From the NCBI GenBank assembly GCA_964559415.1, contig CAZLIG010000001.1, forward strand, positions 1-37,390: 37,390 bases of DNA, written 5' to 3'. The stretch comes from an uncultured Rhodospirillaceae bacterium. Its GTDB lineage: Bacteria > Pseudomonadota > Alphaproteobacteria > UBA9219. Below, piece by piece: positions 35,304-37,390 of this stretch (position 1 is the stretch's first letter; every line of letters starts with the position of its first letter). The notes beneath the pieces were generated by a model, which saw nothing but the letters and a program-made list of their open reading frames with translations, was not told the origin of the DNA and did not search any database. Position numbers and translations under genes: made by a program.

Positions 35304-36653
35304 ATGTCCTTTACAGTAGTCATTGCCGGACGCCCGAACGTCGGAAAGTCCACGCTCTTCAATCGCCTTGTCGGAAAGCAAATGGCGCTTGTCCATGACG
35401 AGCCGGGAGTCACGCGCGACTGGCGCGAAGGCGAAGGCCATCTCTTCGATCTCAGGTTCCGCGCTATTGATACCGCAGGCCTCGAAGCGGTGCGAGCCAA
35501 AGGCAGCTTCTCTGCCCGAACCGCCCAGCAGACCAAAGAAGCCTTCAAACAGGCCAACGTCATCCTTCTCATCGTCGATGCGCGGGCAGGCTTGACGGCA
35601 GAAGACGAGACAATCGCGCGCGAAATCCGCAAAACGGGAAAACCCATCGTGCTCCTCGGCAACAAGTGCGAAAGCGAGACGTTGCCTCAAGGAATGCAGG
35701 AGGCAACCTCTCTCGGCTTCGGAGAACCGCTGCCAATCTCCGCCGCTCACGGCGATGGCATGATGGAGCTGTACCAAGCGATAAACAAGTACGCGCCGGA
35801 AGAACAGGGCGAAAATGAGGAAGAGTCCGAAGAAAAAAGCCTCATTCTCGCGGTGGTCGGTCGCCCCAATGCGGGTAAATCGACGCTGATCAACCAGCTT
35901 ATCGGTGAAGATCGAATGCTGACCGGCCCCGAACCCGGCCTAACCCGCGACGCCGTTCCGATTGCATGGGAACACAACGGCAAGCCCGTCCGCCTGATCG
36001 ATACGGCAGGGATGCGCCGCCGGGCTCGTGTTACAGAAGCGCTTGAACGCTTAAGCGTCCAAGAAACATTGCGCGCCATCCGTCTGGCAAACGCCGTCAT
36101 CCTCGTGCTCGATTCAACGCAGCCTTTCGACAAGCAAGACCTAATCATCGCGCACCACGTGATCGAGGAAGGCCGCGCACTGGTCATCGCGCTAAACAAG
36201 TGGGATTTGGTCAAGGACAAAAAACTAGTTGCGAAACAGATCCGGGAAAAAGCGCGCGTGTCGCTGGCTCAAGTCGAGGGCGTCCCCCTTGTTCCGGTCG
36301 TCGCTCTCGAAGGCAAAGGCCTGAAAGACCTGATGCGCGAAACCATGCGTATGTACGAAAACTGGAATGTGCGCGTCTCGACAGGAAAACTAAATCGATG
36401 GCTCGAAACGATGGAAGAGTCGCACCCCCCGCCCATTACCGCAGGCCGACGCATCAAACTGCGCTATATGACGCAAATAAAAAGCCGCCCGCCGACTTTT
36501 GCCATGTGGGTCAACAAACCCGTCGACCTGCCCGAAAGCTATCTGCGCTTTCTCACGCATGGGCTTCGGGACACCTTCAAACTCGAAGGCGTCCCCATCC
36601 GCTGGCAAACAAAGAAGAGCGAAAATCCCTACGAGGGAAAAAAGAAAAAATAA
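35304..36653 (+). CDS. der: ribosome-biogenesis GTPase Der/EngA
   Basis: Two tandem GTPase domains (GRPNVGKSTLFN, DTAG, NKCE and GRPNAGKSTLIN, DTAG, NKWD) plus a KH-like C-terminus. Confidence 0.97.
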   Translation: MSFTVVIAGRPNVGKSTLFNRLVGKQMALVHDEPGVTRDWREGEGHLFDLRFRAIDTAGLEAVRAKGSFSARTAQQTKEAFKQANVILLIVDARAGLTAEDETIAREIRKTGKPIVLLGNKCESETLPQGMQEATSLGFGEPLPISAAHGDGMMELYQAINKYAPEEQGENEEESEEKSLILAVVGRPNAGKSTLINQLIGEDRMLTGPEPGLTRDAVPIAWEHNGKPVRLIDTAGMRRRARVTEALERLSVQETLRAIRLANAVILVLDSTQPFDKQDLIIAHHVIEEGRALVIALNKWDLVKDKKLVAKQIREKARVSLAQVEGVPLVPVVALEGKGLKDLMRETMRMYENWNVRVSTGKLNRWLETMEESHPPPITAGRRIKLRYMTQIKSRPPTFAMWVNKPVDLPESYLRFLTHGLRDTFKLEGVPIRWQTKKSENPYEGKKKK

Positions 36654-36746
36654 AAGGGATGGAGAGCCGCCATTACTTCGTTACGCACCCCAGAAGGCTC
36701 CAATAAAAGAAAGACCGTCTTTTATATAAAGCTTTTCATCTTTGCT

Positions 36747-37390
36747 GTGGCGCTATTGCTTGTGAGCGGACACACGACCAAATACCTTTTGGAACGAAAC
36801 GTCGGCGTCGATTTTTATCAGTACTGGGCTGTAGGCTTAGGGCCAAAACTAACCAAGGGCGAGCTCAAAAGCCCATACGTCGACCTAAAAAAATACGTCG
36901 CTACCTTCGATGCCTATGTGCAAAAAACGAACGACCTCCGCCTTTTTGCGGTGAACAAGGTCGATCATCGTTTCTACGAGCATGGCCTCGACATTCCCGG
37001 CACCCCGCTGCTTTACGCAGCATTCGCCGCCTCGCCGCTCGACTACTCATGGGCCTTTTTCCTCTTCTCATCTGCAAAGACGGTCCTCTTCGCGATGGGA
37101 GTCATGCTGCTTCTGCTGCGCACAAGATCAAAACTCTCTCTGCTTATGCCTGTTTCCTTGGCAGTAGCCTTCGACTACGGCCCTTTAGTAAACGACCTGA
37201 AGGCGGGCAACATCGCCGCACTCCAGTTTTTTGTCATCGTCTTTCTGTCCTATGTGCTTGAAGCAGGCCCAGCGAGAAGGGCAAAGCCTCGGCGGTCCTA
37301 TGCTTCCGGCATGATCTTCATGAGCGTTTTGACGTTATTCTTGCTCGTCAAACCAAACATTCTGTTCATTGCTTGTGCTTTGTCCGCCTC
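36747..37390 (+). CDS. polytopic membrane protein, GT-C/DUF2029 (GT87)-like glycosyltransferase; partial, 3' end beyond the window, start uncertain
   Basis: Not in the ORF track. My translation of the frame open from 36654 to the window end gives ...KLFIFAVALLLVSGHTTKYLLERNVGVDFYQYWAVGLG...GTPLLYAAFAASPLDYSWAFFLFSSAKTVLFAMGVMLLLL...AALQFFVIVFLSYVL. That is several TM helices and an early DF..Y loop, as in DUF2029-type proteins. There is no in-frame ATG; GTG 36747 and TTG 36756 are the first canonical starts. Confidence 0.5.
   Translation, partial: MALLLVSGHTTKYLLERNVGVDFYQYWAVGLGPKLTKGELKSPYVDLKKYVATFDAYVQKTNDLRLFAVNKVDHRFYEHGLDIPGTPLLYAAFAASPLDYSWAFFLFSSAKTVLFAMGVMLLLLRTRSKLSLLMPVSLAVAFDYGPLVNDLKAGNIAALQFFVIVFLSYVLEAGPARRAKPRRSYASGMIFMSVLTLFLLVKPNILFIACALSA

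Noticed and set aside
1-37390. Search by eye for tRNA/rRNA genes, CRISPR arrays, IS elements, integrases or long direct repeats
   Set aside because: None was recognised. All intergenic regions longer than 100 bp were read, and they contain only promoters, leaders, hairpins or the AT-rich origin-like region. A tRNAscan/Infernal run would be needed to exclude small RNAs formally.

Overview
This 37.4-kb window is an origin-proximal, mostly housekeeping chromosomal segment. Its gene order looks alphaproteobacterial: parA-rsmG-mnmG, rho, a DUF299/RP001-type gene, rpsT-dnaA and yfgM-bamB-der. I recognise about 35 protein genes by eye from conserved motifs. They are parA (partial), rsmG, mnmG, a PAS-GGDEF cyclase, rho, a PPDK-regulator (DUF299), mreC, mreD, mrdA, hslVU, a STAS protein, dut, an nfeD-SPFH pair plus a third membrane protein, rpsO, pnp, etfBA, a HAD hydrolase, an EamA transporter, secA, a MAPEG protein, dnaA, rpsT, a YfgM-like protein, bamB, der and a partial GT-C-like membrane protein. 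I saw no rRNA, tRNA, CRISPR array, transposase or phage genes. The most interesting feature is a self-contained three-gene minus-strand operon at 26.4-30.3 kb, with a putative promoter and a clear terminator. Its products look like the type IVB (Dot/Icm, IncI-like) core-complex proteins DotH/IcmK, DotG/IcmE (VirB10 domain) and DotF/IcmG. It sits alone between secA and dnaA, and no other T4SS gene is in the window. The second notable feature is the 0.66-kb AT-rich gene-free region between rho and the DUF299 gene (about 6.9-7.56 kb). It carries DnaA-box-like and TTAACCA motifs at a strand-orientation switch and is my candidate oriC. Smaller oddities are listed in the findings: a break in the rho-mnmE-mnmG synteny filled by an orphan ORF plus a diguanylate cyclase, mreCD-mrdA without mreB or rodA, a Rho C-terminal tail, a hairpin-dense convergent intergenic region, and overlapping or abutting convergent genes. 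All functional calls come from reading motifs and from memory of the families. No database search was run.
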